From positions 1 through 43,900 of the forward strand of contig JAAFHG010000001.1 of assembly GCA_013297585.1 (NCBI GenBank): a stretch of 43,900 nucleotides of DNA, given 5' to 3'. The notes under the pieces are model-generated. The model was not told the origin of the DNA. It did no database searches and was given only the letters and a program-made list of their open reading frames with translations. Positions 17,165 through 27,254 of the stretch are shown piece after piece. How positions within the stretch are numbered: position 1 is the first letter of the stretch; every line of letters begins with the position of its first letter. This DNA is from Chitinophagales bacterium. Its GTDB lineage: Bacteria; Bacteroidota; Bacteroidia; Chitinophagales; Chitinophagaceae. A program made the translations under genes and the position numbers.

Positions 17165-20100
17165 TTAATTGGTATCGTCGCCTTCTTGTTCGTCTATCGT
17201 AATTAAACCATGGTGATGCCCATGATCGCCACAACTTAAAATGTATTGCCAGCTAGGTTCAGGTGCTCTCATAGGCGTACCTGCTCTTTTCTCGCCACCT
17301 AATTTTGAAATTAAACGGTTACGCTCTGCTGCAATTTTCTTTCTAGCGGCTTCATCACTTTCTCTAGAGAAATACACGGTACCATCTACAATAGTATATA
17401 AGCTTTTTGCGTAAATGCTTAATGGATTATCGCTCCACAATACTAAGTCAGCGTCTTTACCTACTTTAATGCTACCTACTTTATCCTCTACATGCAATGC
17501 TTTTGCCGGATTTAAGGTTACCATTTTCAAAGCCTCTTCTTCTGGTACACCACCATAACGTACGGTTTTACCAGCTTCTTGATTTAAACGACGTGCCATT
17601 TCTGCATCATCACTATTAATACAAACATTTAAGCCTGCTTTGTACATAATAGCAGCATTGTAAGCTATGGCATCGGTAACTTCTACTTTATAGTACCACC
17701 AATCAGAAAAAGTAGAGGCGCTAGAACCATGAAGCTTCATTTTATCAGCCACTTTATACCCTTCTAGTATATGTGTAAATGTGTTGAACTTGAAACCATA
17801 TTTATCGCCCACACGCATAGCTGCTGTGATTTCGCTTTGTACATAAGAGTGGCAAGTAATGAAACGCTTTTTGTTCATGATTTCTACCAATGCATCTAAC
17901 TCTAAATCTCTACGTGTTTTAGGGTCAATTTTCATCGCTTTTTGGTAGTCAACAGCACGAGCAAATGCATCGTTTAAAACTTCTTCTACACCCATTCTTG
18001 TATCAGGAAAACGGTTGTTGGTTTGCGATGTCGTACGCTTTACGTTTTCGCCTAATGCGAACTTGATAAAGCCATCCCAACCTTTAAATTTCAAATCATC
18101 GTCATTAGCACCCCAACGTAGTTTTATTAACTGTGTTTGACCACCAATAGTATTTGCAGAACCATGTAATATATGAGAAGAAGTAATACCACCACTTAGT
18201 TGACGATATATATTAATATCTTCTGGATTCAAGTTGTCTGCAATTCTTACTTCAGATGTTACAGATTGTGCACCTTCGTTAATAGATGCAGCGGCAATGT
18301 GTGAGTGCTCGTCAATAATACCAGCTGTTAAGTGCTTGCCAGTACCATCAATTAGTTTGGCACCATCAGCAGATAGGTTTTTACCTAGTTTGGCAATTTT
18401 ACCATCTTTTACCAATACGTCTGTATTTTCTAGTTTACCATCTTTTTCGTTGGTCCACACCGTTGCATTTTTAATCAACATGGTTTCTTGCTTAGGCAAT
18501 TCTTCGTTACCATAGCCATCGAAAGGAAAGGTTACTTTACCTAAACGCAAAGGCGGTGTAGGACGTTTTCTTGCACTATCAACTGTTACCGTTGCTTTTA
18601 CAAAAGAAGCTGTCCAAGTAACACGGTTACCTGCGGTGTCTTCGCCTGTACCGCTCCAAACATCGCCATTGGCAATACCGCTTAAACGAAACTGTGTAGC
18701 TGCTGCGCCAAAGTTGCCTCTACCGCCTGCTGGTGCAGCACCAGCATTACCACCACCAAAGCCACCGCCTCTTCTTGGTGCTACAGGTGAGAAACTCAAT
18801 TTCACAATTTTACCATCGAAACTGAATTTTGGTGTTAGTGTGTCTTTACCAATTACAGATGCTGCGGCAGCGCCTTTAACATCTAATGTATAATTGATAG
18901 CGCCACTTGGTGCATTGATTACTAGGTTGTAAGTTGCTTTTATATCGTTCCAGCCATCTGCTTTTACTACGTATTTTTTACCTTGAACATAGTTATCTAG
19001 GATAGATGCTTTTTCAGAGAAAATGCTATCGGTAGTAATTAAGAAGTTCGCCAATTTGCCCGCTTCTAAACTGCCTACTTTATCGTAAATGCCTAATAAT
19101 GTTGCAGGCGTTTTAGTAACTGATTCAAAAGCTTTTGTAGGTGTTAAACCATATTCAATGGCTTTGCGCAAGTTGGTTAAAAACAATTTAGGGTCACGTA
19201 AGTCAGCAGCAGTTAAACAGAAGTTGACGTTTGCTTTTTCTAACGCACCCGCATTCGTTGCTGCTAGTTCCCAATGTTTCATATCGGCTAATGATACAAA
19301 TCTTGCATCGTTAGGATCTTCAACATCCATTGCTTGTGGGTAATTTAACGATAAGATATAGGTTGCTTTTGTAGCTGCTATTTCTTTTATGCGTTGGTAT
19401 TCGTTACCGCCACCTTTAATAATGTATTGCGCACCAAATTCCTTGGCTATTCTATCAGCACGTAAGTCAACCCATTTATCTTCTGCCTCAAATATTTGTG
19501 GTAAAGATTGTAAATCGTTGAATGCTTGTAATGATAGGTTGATACCTTCTGTAGCAGGCTTGTTTTTGTACCACTGTGCATCTAAGTATGTTTGGCGCAA
19601 CAAAGCGATGCTACCCATTACGCTACTAGGATAGCTTTGTGTAGAAGTGCCTTTGCTGAAAGAATAGTGTGCTGATGCTTTTTCTTTTAGCAATGCAAAA
19701 TTATCTTCTGTATTAGCCAAAGTAACTACTGCACCGCTACCACGAATGATACCATCTTTTACATGCGTTAATACCGTACCAAAACCACTTTCACGGTAAG
19801 TTTTTGCTTTTGCATCATCTATGGTAAACAGTTTGGCCGCATCGGTTTCTGGTTTTACAGCTTGATTCCAAGCGTAAGCACCTTTGGTGTTAGAGGTAAT
19901 TTGCGCTGGCGCATTAAAGTTAAATCCACCTGCACCTAGCTGACGCTGTGGTGTAGCTACGCCGTAATCGGTATAAATGTCTACGAATGACGGATAGATA
20001 AACTTATTGTTACAGTCTATCACTATCGCATCTTTAGGAATGCTTACCGTAGTACCTACGCTTACAATTTTACCATCACGAATAACTAGTGTGGCTTTTT

Positions 20101-20254
20101 GTAAAGTAGATGTTGATGACTGAACGATGGTTGCATTGGTAAAGGCGTAACAGCCGTCCCTTTTATCTGCAATACCATTAACTGGAAATGTTTCCTGGGC
20201 TTGTAGCAAAAATGTAAACAGTAGCCCCGAAAGCAATAGCTTCAATTTTCTCAT
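17165..20254 (-). CDS. Exported double-domain amidohydrolase family protein
   Basis: Two amidohydrolase modules; the second keeps IIDEHSH, CHSY, FTH and NSDD. Confidence 0.9.
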   Translation of the reverse strand: MRKLKLLLSGLLFTFLLQAQETFPVNGIADKRDGCYAFTNATIVQSSTSTLQKATLVIRDGKIVSVGTTVSIPKDAIVIDCNNKFIYPSFVDIYTDYGVATPQRQLGAGGFNFNAPAQITSNTKGAYAWNQAVKPETDAAKLFTIDDAKAKTYRESGFGTVLTHVKDGIIRGSGAVVTLANTEDNFALLKEKASAHYSFSKGTSTQSYPSSVMGSIALLRQTYLDAQWYKNKPATEGINLSLQAFNDLQSLPQIFEAEDKWVDLRADRIAKEFGAQYIIKGGGNEYQRIKEIAATKATYILSLNYPQAMDVEDPNDARFVSLADMKHWELAATNAGALEKANVNFCLTAADLRDPKLFLTNLRKAIEYGLTPTKAFESVTKTPATLLGIYDKVGSLEAGKLANFLITTDSIFSEKASILDNYVQGKKYVVKADGWNDIKATYNLVINAPSGAINYTLDVKGAAAASVIGKDTLTPKFSFDGKIVKLSFSPVAPRRGGGFGGGNAGAAPAGGRGNFGAAATQFRLSGIANGDVWSGTGEDTAGNRVTWTASFVKATVTVDSARKRPTPPLRLGKVTFPFDGYGNEELPKQETMLIKNATVWTNEKDGKLENTDVLVKDGKIAKLGKNLSADGAKLIDGTGKHLTAGIIDEHSHIAAASINEGAQSVTSEVRIADNLNPEDINIYRQLSGGITSSHILHGSANTIGGQTQLIKLRWGANDDDLKFKGWDGFIKFALGENVKRTTSQTNNRFPDTRMGVEEVLNDAFARAVDYQKAMKIDPKTRRDLELDALVEIMNKKRFITCHSYVQSEITAAMRVGDKYGFKFNTFTHILEGYKVADKMKLHGSSASTFSDWWYYKVEVTDAIAYNAAIMYKAGLNVCINSDDAEMARRLNQEAGKTVRYGGVPEEEALKMVTLNPAKALHVEDKVGSIKVGKDADLVLWSDNPLSIYAKSLYTIVDGTVYFSRESDEAARKKIAAERNRLISKLGGEKRAGTPMRAPEPSWQYILSCGDHGHHHGLITIDEQEGDDTN

Positions 20255-20307
20255 AAATTACTCAGTTTGCTTTGTGATGAAGGCTAAAGCTAATGATTGT
20301 GTAGACA

Positions 20308-20346
20308 AAAAACAGCCACTCATCAATAAAAATGATGAATGGCTGT
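20308..20346 (-). terminator. Terminator after pip
   Basis: aaaaaacagccactcatca-ataaaaa-tgatgaatggctg. Confidence 0.65.
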
Positions 20347-20372
20347 GTAAAAGTGATGGATTTGAAATTTCG

Positions 20373-21476
20373 CTATTTGAACTGACCGTTGTTTACGTCG
20401 TTTATAAAGTCGATAACGCCGGGAAAAAAGTGTGCTTGATCATCCCACATAGACAAATGGCTGCCTTTTGGGCAATATAAAAAACGCCCATTTTGTACTT
20501 GTGTACTCATCCATTTCATGTGTTCAGGATCCATCGTATCGTGCTTAGCCCCTACCGTAAGCGTAGGCACTTTAATTTCTGGCAACCTTGCTTTAATATC
20601 CCAATTAGCCAAACGACCGCCTACACCAAACTCGCTTGGGCCTTGCATCATGGTGTAAATGTCGTTATTGGCATGTTTAAAAGCTCTGTTCACAGCATCT
20701 GGCCATTCTGGTAAGCGGCACAGATGTTGGTTGTAAAAATTTGGCAACAATAACTCCATGTACTTAGGGTTTTTGAAATCGCCTTTCGCTTCTATGGCTC
20801 TAATGGTATCTAATACTTTTGGTGGCATTTGTTTTGCCAAAACATCGTTGGCGTATTTACCATAGTCAGGACAACTTGCCATCATGTTACAAATGATTAA
20901 GCCCTTGAGATTTTGCTGGTATTTGAGGGCGTATTGCATGGCTAGCATACCGCCCCAAGAGTTACCCAACAAATAGAAATTGTCTTTATCTAGTTGCAGT
21001 GCTTTACGCACTTGTTCCACTTCTTCTACAAAGCGGTCAATGGTCCAAAGGCTGCTGTCTTTTGGCTGGTCGCTATAATAAGAGCCTAATTGGTCGTATT
21101 CTATCATTTCAAAACCCTCTTGTGGGAAGAAACTCTCGAAGCTTTCAAGGTATTCGTGCGTCATGGCTGGCCCACCATGCAACAGTAGCACCTTGATTTT
21201 GGGGTTATTGCCAATGGTTTTAGTCCACACTTTAAAGGTACCAATTGGGGTTTCTACAGGAATCATTTTTACACCTGCAGATTGCACACCTGAGTCTTTT
21301 ACTACAAAGTATTCTTTTATAGTTAGAGATTTGTAGGTTGAATTTTCTTTACATCCAACCATAGTTGCTATTATAAAATAAATATGTATTAATTTTTTAT
21401 AATAAAATGTGTCGTATTTTTTAAATTTATCAGACATCATGAACAATATGATTTTATACAATGGTATAAGCAGCAA
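20373..21476 (-). CDS. pip: Proline iminopeptidase family hydrolase (probable lipoprotein)
   Basis: HGGPA, YDQLGS, GNSWGG, D and H triad motifs. The true start is probably downstream of 21476 (lipobox-like MVGC). Confidence 0.85.
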   Translation of the reverse strand: MLLIPLYKIILFMMSDKFKKYDTFYYKKLIHIYFIIATMVGCKENSTYKSLTIKEYFVVKDSGVQSAGVKMIPVETPIGTFKVWTKTIGNNPKIKVLLLHGGPAMTHEYLESFESFFPQEGFEMIEYDQLGSYYSDQPKDSSLWTIDRFVEEVEQVRKALQLDKDNFYLLGNSWGGMLAMQYALKYQQNLKGLIICNMMASCPDYGKYANDVLAKQMPPKVLDTIRAIEAKGDFKNPKYMELLLPNFYNQHLCRLPEWPDAVNRAFKHANNDIYTMMQGPSEFGVGGRLANWDIKARLPEIKVPTLTVGAKHDTMDPEHMKWMSTQVQNGRFLYCPKGSHLSMWDDQAHFFPGVIDFINDVNNGQFK

Positions 21477-21648
21477 ATTAGTGACTTTTTGGCTATTAAA
21501 AGGCCGAATAAGTTTGAGATAATTAAATTGTTAGCCAATAAAAAATTATTTACCAAAATTCTATTCAATACATAAATACCACAAGTTTTTACTTCAATAC
21601 AAACACCACTTACTACATTTACCGCTCAACTTTTTTTAACCATTTATC

Positions 21649-22956
21649 ATGGCATCATTTCAAGTTATAGGAGGCAATAAACTACAAGGCGATATTACAC
21701 CACAAGGTGCTAAAAACGAGGCGTTACAGATATTAAGTGCAGTTGTATTAAGCTCAGAAACCATTACCATACACAATATACCAGACATTGTAGACGTAAA
21801 CCTATTGATAGAGCTATTGCAAGATATGGGTGTAAAAGTGGATAGAATAAACCGCCATACTTGTACGTTTAAAGCAGATGCGATTGATGTAGATTATTTA
21901 GCCTCTGAAGAATTTAGAAATAAGGGCGGTAAACTACGTGGCTCGGTAATGCTTGCTGGTCCTATGCTAGCAAGGTTTAAAAAAGCCTATATACCCAAAC
22001 CAGGTGGCGATAAAATTGGTAGACGTAGGTTGGATACACATATCATTGGTTTTGAAAAACTAGGAGCCAAGTTTGAGTATGACGAGCAGTTATACTTTTT
22101 TAAGCTGACCGCACCAAAGTTATACGGTGCATATATGCTTCTTGACGAGCCATCAGTAACTGGTACCGCAAACATTTTGATGGCGGCCGTTTTAGCCGAA
22201 GGTATCACTACTATTTATAATGCAGCTTGCGAACCATATTTACAACAGCTATGTAAAATGCTGAATAGAATGGGTGCAAAAATTACTGGCATTGGTAGTA
22301 ATATGTTGGTGATAGAAGGTGTAGAAACACTTAGCGGTACTGAACATACCATGCTACCGGATATGATTGAAGTGGGTAGTTTTATAGGTCTTGCAGCTAT
22401 GACACAAAGCAATATCACCATTAAAAACGCTGGTGTGCAACACTTGGGTGTAATACCAGATAAGTTTGCCCAAATGGGTATTAAATTTTCAATACAAGGT
22501 GATGATATTGTAGTGCCTGAACAGGATAAATATGAAGTAGCTACATTTTTAGATGGGGGCATTTTAACAATTTATGATCATCCTTGGCCAGGCTTTACAC
22601 CAGACCTTATTAGCATTATGCTAGTAGTGGCTACACAAGCTGTAGGCAGTGTATTAATTCACCAAAAGATGTTTGAGAGCCGCTTGTTTTTTGTAGATAA
22701 ATTGATAGACATGGGGGCGCAAATTATACTCTGTGATCCTCACCGTGCTACAGTTATTGGCTTAGGTAGAAGATATCCATTGCGTGGTATTACTATGAGT
22801 AGCCCCGATATTAGAGCTGGTCAAGCATTGCTAATTGCGGCTTTAAGTGCTGAGGGTAAAAGTACTATTCAGAATATTGAGCAAATAGATAGAGGCTATC
22901 AATATATAGATACAAGATTGAAAAACTTAGGTGCAGATATTACTAGAATTGGGTAA
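21649..22956 (+). CDS. murA: UDP-N-acetylglucosamine 1-carboxyvinyltransferase
   Basis: GAKN, LRGS, PGGDKIGRR, SVTGT.N, PGF and DIRAG motifs. Confidence 0.97.
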   Translation: MASFQVIGGNKLQGDITPQGAKNEALQILSAVVLSSETITIHNIPDIVDVNLLIELLQDMGVKVDRINRHTCTFKADAIDVDYLASEEFRNKGGKLRGSVMLAGPMLARFKKAYIPKPGGDKIGRRRLDTHIIGFEKLGAKFEYDEQLYFFKLTAPKLYGAYMLLDEPSVTGTANILMAAVLAEGITTIYNAACEPYLQQLCKMLNRMGAKITGIGSNMLVIEGVETLSGTEHTMLPDMIEVGSFIGLAAMTQSNITIKNAGVQHLGVIPDKFAQMGIKFSIQGDDIVVPEQDKYEVATFLDGGILTIYDHPWPGFTPDLISIMLVVATQAVGSVLIHQKMFESRLFFVDKLIDMGAQIILCDPHRATVIGLGRRYPLRGITMSSPDIRAGQALLIAALSAEGKSTIQNIEQIDRGYQYIDTRLKNLGADITRIG

Positions 22957-22968
22957 GCTCAAAGCAAG

Positions 22969-23688
22969 ATGTGTAACTATCAAGATATTACCGCAACCAT
23001 TGCCAATAAAGGTTTTGCTACTGTAGCATCTGCGTTTAGTAATGCTGAAATTGATAGATTACTACAGGTGCTTGAACAAATAGATAGTGATAAAGCTACT
23101 TTTAGAAAAACGGCTGATTTATTTGCCATTAGGCAGTTTTTAAAAGAAGTACCAAGTGTTGTACCATTAATATTCACGCCCTCATTTACAACTATTATTA
23201 GAGAGGTCTTTGGTAATGATTATTTTGTCGTAAAGTCTATCTATTTTGATAAACCCTCGGCTTCAAATTGGTTTGTAGCTTACCACCAAGATTTAACCAT
23301 TTCTGTAGATAAAAAACTAGACTTGCTAGGCTTTAGCCCGTGGACGACAAAGCAAAACCAATTTGCAGTACAGCCACCGCTTGCCATTTTGCAAGATAAC
23401 TTTACTATTCGCATTCATTTAGATGATACTGATGCAAACAATGGTGCATTGAAAGTGATTCCACAATCGCACTTAAAAGGTATTTATAGGCCTGAAACTA
23501 TTAATTGGGATGAAGAAACAGAAGCAATATGTCCTGTAAAAAAGGGTGGCATTATGTTTATGAAACCGTTGCTATTACACACTTCTAACAAAACTACCAA
23601 CCAAGCTCAAAGGCGTGTGATTCATATAGAATTTAGCAGAAGCGATTTACCTAAAAACCTTAATTGGTCAGAACGAATGAAGTATTAA
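22969..23688 (+). CDS. Phytanoyl-CoA dioxygenase (PhyH) family Fe(II)/2OG oxygenase
   Basis: HQD...IHLDD....NGAL.V.P.SH...LLH.S...RRV.H. Confidence 0.88.
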   Translation: MCNYQDITATIANKGFATVASAFSNAEIDRLLQVLEQIDSDKATFRKTADLFAIRQFLKEVPSVVPLIFTPSFTTIIREVFGNDYFVVKSIYFDKPSASNWFVAYHQDLTISVDKKLDLLGFSPWTTKQNQFAVQPPLAILQDNFTIRIHLDDTDANNGALKVIPQSHLKGIYRPETINWDEETEAICPVKKGGIMFMKPLLLHTSNKTTNQAQRRVIHIEFSRSDLPKNLNWSERMKY

Positions 23689-23689
23689 G

Positions 23690-24217
23690 TTATCGCTGAA
23701 TTGTAACTGTTGTACCTACAGGCAATACTTTAAATAACTTATCTATGTATTCGTTTTTGGTGCTTACACAGCCCATGGTCCAATTTTGATATAGGTCTAC
23801 AGCAAACTCTTCGTGTGGCCATGTACCATGTATGCCTATTGAGCCACCTATTTTAGCATTAGCAGGTATAATACCTTGGGCTTTTCGCTCATTAAATTTT
23901 TGATAACTTTCTGCATTGGGATAATCAATTGCCATAAATCTATCCCATTTAGCATGTGGACGCTTTGCAACTATATGAAACGTACCTTCGGGTGTTTTTC
24001 TATCGCCTTCTACCATTTTATCGCCCATGTCTTTGCTACCAAAAACCACAGGGTAGGTTACAAGCCAGTTGTTAGCTGCATCGTACACTTTTAACTCGTA
24101 GTCGCTTTTATCTATAATTACATAAAAATCATCTTTACCTGTAGCACCAAAATGCTTAAATGAGGTAGTAGCTGCTAAAATAAATAGCAATACAAATAGA
24201 TTGCGCAGTGACTTCAT
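23690..24217 (-). CDS. L,D-transpeptidase (YkuD) family protein
   Basis: EGD.KTPEG and IGIHG...NWTMGC motifs. Confidence 0.9.
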   Translation of the reverse strand: MKSLRNLFVLLFILAATTSFKHFGATGKDDFYVIIDKSDYELKVYDAANNWLVTYPVVFGSKDMGDKMVEGDRKTPEGTFHIVAKRPHAKWDRFMAIDYPNAESYQKFNERKAQGIIPANAKIGGSIGIHGTWPHEEFAVDLYQNWTMGCVSTKNEYIDKLFKVLPVGTTVTIQR

Positions 24218-24338
24218 TTGGGGGATTAATTTTTTTTATTAACGTGAATTTCGGGAAAAGATTATTTACACGGTGTTAAATTTTTAGATTTAAAGATAAT
24301 TTAAGGATTACAGGTACTTATACAGATGCACATATGTA

Positions 24339-24437
24339 AGGGATTGCAGTGCATAGCCCACAACCGTTGCAAGCGGTGAGTCCCGATAGCTATCGGGAAG
24401 AAACGAAAAGCCCGACCCGCCCAAGCGGGAACGCCAA
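24339..24437. repeat. Structured intergenic repeat or candidate ncRNA with a nested 16-bp palindrome (24382-24397)
   Basis: GC-rich block agggattgcagtgcatagccc...[cccgatagctatcggg]aagaaacgaaaagcccgacccgcccaagcgggaacgcc in an AT-rich spacer. Confidence 0.45.
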
Positions 24438-24443
24438 AAACAA

Positions 24444-24476
24444 ATTGGCCAATAGAATCAATTTCTATTGGCCAAT
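24444..24476 (-). terminator. Terminator after the beta-barrel gene
   Basis: attggccaatagaa-tcaat-ttctattggccaat. Confidence 0.65.
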
Positions 24477-24503
24477 AATTACTTACTAACGCTACATTAT
24501 TTA

Positions 24504-25397
24504 CTACCAATTACTAAATCTAATACCTACTGAGTAAGGATATTGATCCATTTGCGTACCGTCTTTGTGTAATTTATTAAAACTATATGAGCCATATAAT
24601 CGTACAGGACCTAAACCAATTTCGCCTACAGCGGCCAAGCGCCAAGGGTTTAAATCAAAATCGCCCTTTGTTTTTACTTTACCACGCTCAGCACTTATTT
24701 GCTTATTGCGACTGCCTATTAAATAGCCTGCACTTACACCTGCACTTAGGCTAAAACTGCGCTTTTTATCTGGATTTGGTTGAAAATTAACCATAAACGG
24801 TACCGTTAAATACTTTACAAATAGTTTATTTTTTGTAAACCCAATGGTATCGTTAAGGGCAAAAGGTATAGGATCTTTACGGTAGCTTAAGCTGCGGTCG
24901 TATCTAAAATTATACATTTCAAAACCTAAACCATACTTAAGATTTAATTTATGCTGAGAGACATTTAGCTTTTGCATAAAAAACCAAATATTAAAGTTGC
25001 TAGACTTGCCAGTGTTTAAGCTATTGGTATTAGCATCTACTTTAGCACTGCTACCTACTTGCTTTAAATAGCCACCAGCTTGCGCAGCAGGATAATTTGT
25101 TTCGTCTCTATAATTGGCAAAACCCAAATCCATTATCCACCAATTGGTACTAACGTTGGTTTTCTTTTTCTTACTATCGCCACCACCAATATTAATAGTA
25201 ATGTTGTTTTTGCCCCTGCTACCATTTTTACCAATGTTGTAACTTGTGTCTTGTGCAGTGGTTTTGTTCTTTTTTATAATTACAAAGTTGCCCACTTTAA
25301 TAGTATCTACCGCAGCCTCTTTTTTTGTACTGTCGGTTTGAGCAAAGGCCATAGTGCTAGCCAATAGCATGGCTGCTAATACGTTTAATTGTTTCAT
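24504..25397 (-). CDS. Outer-membrane beta-barrel protein
   Basis: Signal peptide, alternating aromatic strands, YLTVP motif, C-terminal YSVGIRF. Confidence 0.8.
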   Translation of the reverse strand: MKQLNVLAAMLLASTMAFAQTDSTKKEAAVDTIKVGNFVIIKKNKTTAQDTSYNIGKNGSRGKNNITINIGGGDSKKKKTNVSTNWWIMDLGFANYRDETNYPAAQAGGYLKQVGSSAKVDANTNSLNTGKSSNFNIWFFMQKLNVSQHKLNLKYGLGFEMYNFRYDRSLSYRKDPIPFALNDTIGFTKNKLFVKYLTVPFMVNFQPNPDKKRSFSLSAGVSAGYLIGSRNKQISAERGKVKTKGDFDLNPWRLAAVGEIGLGPVRLYGSYSFNKLHKDGTQMDQYPYSVGIRFSNW

Positions 25398-25418
25398 TTT
25401 CTAATGTTTTTTAAATGA

Positions 25419-26528
25419 TTATTTGTTGATTGCAAGGGATGATTTAGTATCATCATCGCTCTTTTGCTTGTTGCCAAATAGTTTAGATGCTTTACGTAGA
25501 AAGCCACGTAATTTATCTTTATTAATTTCTATTGAGCCTACTAGCAAGCTTTTATCATCGCTATTGGTATCAAGCTCTTTGTACACTACCTGCTGCGCAG
25601 CTGTATTGGTAGTATTTAAAGCATTAATAACTTTTGGTAATGATGGTGATGGTTCATCTATTACATCGTTTTTTGCAGTGCTATTATTGTTACGATTAGT
25701 AACAGAATTTGTTACAGTACTAGCAATATTATTTTCAGGATTTTTGTTGGGATTTTCTAAAAATTCTTGTGCACCATCTTTAAAAGGTTTTTTTGTTACA
25801 GCAACTGCAACTTCTGGCTTAGCAATTTCAACAGCATTGGTTACTGCAACTTTATTTTTAGCCGTTTTTTTATTATTGGCCAATAATGCCGTTGCTTCAT
25901 TTATAGGCGCTACTGCTATAGGTGTAGCTGGTTCTACAACAGTAGGATTATTTGGTACGTTTTCTTTAGTAATTGTGGCTGGTGTTTTTGTATTATTAGC
26001 CAATGAGGGTTCTGTACCATTTTTGCCGCTAGGCGCTATAAAATACACTGTAGCAATTAACCCCATTACAACCGCAGCTGCAGCCATTGCATACCAACGC
26101 ATGTAAATGACTCTACGCTTTTTCTCTTCCTTATACAAGCCTTCTTTATTAGGGCAAGTAATTACTTCTACTGGTAATTTGCTTTGCTGTAAAATGGTGA
26201 AATCTTGCTGTAATTGAGGGTGCTGTAATACAAAAGTTTCTACTTCGGCTTTCTCATTTATGGCTAATTCATCATCTATATATAATAAAAACTTCTCTTC
26301 GTAATTGGTGGTGGTAATCTCGTTGCCTACATGTTTAAAAAGCAGATTCTTGTTGGTAAATACAAGGTCATTTTCAGGTAATAATACGGTTTGTTCCAGC
26401 ATAGCAAGCTCCTCCTGTAAGTCAGGGTGTTGTTGCGCAAATGCCTCAACCATTTCTTTATCAGTAGTAGATAGTTCACCATCTACATACATCAAAAAAA
26501 ACTCTTCGTAATTATCTCTGTTTATCAT
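25419..26528 (-). CDS. Transmembrane anti-sigma factor with a duplicated N-terminal domain
   Basis: Two NYEE.FL.Y.D.EL....VE.F..QHP.LQ units, one TM helix and a low-complexity periplasmic part; directly after the ECF sigma. Confidence 0.8.
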   Translation of the reverse strand: MINRDNYEEFFLMYVDGELSTTDKEMVEAFAQQHPDLQEELAMLEQTVLLPENDLVFTNKNLLFKHVGNEITTTNYEEKFLLYIDDELAINEKAEVETFVLQHPQLQQDFTILQQSKLPVEVITCPNKEGLYKEEKKRRVIYMRWYAMAAAAVVMGLIATVYFIAPSGKNGTEPSLANNTKTPATITKENVPNNPTVVEPATPIAVAPINEATALLANNKKTAKNKVAVTNAVEIAKPEVAVAVTKKPFKDGAQEFLENPNKNPENNIASTVTNSVTNRNNNSTAKNDVIDEPSPSLPKVINALNTTNTAAQQVVYKELDTNSDDKSLLVGSIEINKDKLRGFLRKASKLFGNKQKSDDDTKSSLAINK

Positions 26529-26618
26529 TTTATTTATTTCACGAATTCTAATTAATTACACGAATGTTTTGTTACAAATTCAAATGCAATTTCACTAATT
26601 ACACTACTTATATTATCA

Positions 26619-27107
26619 TCACATTACATTCTCTCTGCTTACCAAATAGTTTCTTAAAGCTAGCCTAGCCCTGTGTAAATACACTTTTACTTGACTTTCT
26701 GTTAAATCCATTATCTTACTTATTTCTTCGTAGCTATAGCCTTCATAATCTTTCAACATTACTAAGCTTTTTTGCGTTTCGTTAAGCCTATTTAATGCTG
26801 CCATTAATACTTGCTTTGTATGATTATTAGTGCTTTGTACACCAACTTTTGTTTCTTCACCAAATTCTTCTTGTAGTGTAACGCGTTTGTTTTTACGTAT
26901 GTGATCTATCATTTGGTTGTAGGCCACAGTAAATAAGTAGCTTTTGCATTTATCATTCTCTACCGATTCTCTATTGCGCCATAACTTTTCAAAGGCAGAT
27001 TGCACTACGTCTCTTGCATCCTCTTCATGGCGTAAGTTTTTTACGATGAAGCGAAACACATTATCTGCGTACAAATTAACACATTGATTATAGTCTTTCT
27101 CAGTCAT
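26619..27107 (-). CDS. ECF RNA polymerase sigma factor
   Basis: DARDVVQ..F.KLW (region 2) and EGYSYEEI......VKV.LHRAR (region 4.2). Confidence 0.94.
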   Translation of the reverse strand: MTEKDYNQCVNLYADNVFRFIVKNLRHEEDARDVVQSAFEKLWRNRESVENDKCKSYLFTVAYNQMIDHIRKNKRVTLQEEFGEETKVGVQSTNNHTKQVLMAALNRLNETQKSLVMLKDYEGYSYEEISKIMDLTESQVKVYLHRARLALRNYLVSRENVM

Positions 27108-27254
27108 AACAGCAGTAGGTGATGAAAAATGTTGCTTATGTACTTTGTGATACGATGCTACAGAAATAAAGTTACAGCAATGATAGAAAATATTTTGCTT
27201 CTAGGCAATGATAAGATAACGGATTAATATAACGCAAGGAACATACATTTTATA

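Noticed and set aside
25423-26106. 227-aa plus-strand ORF and the other antisense ORFs (for example 35942-36367, 28033-28377, 22215-22562)
   Set aside because: Shadow frames opposite well-supported genes.
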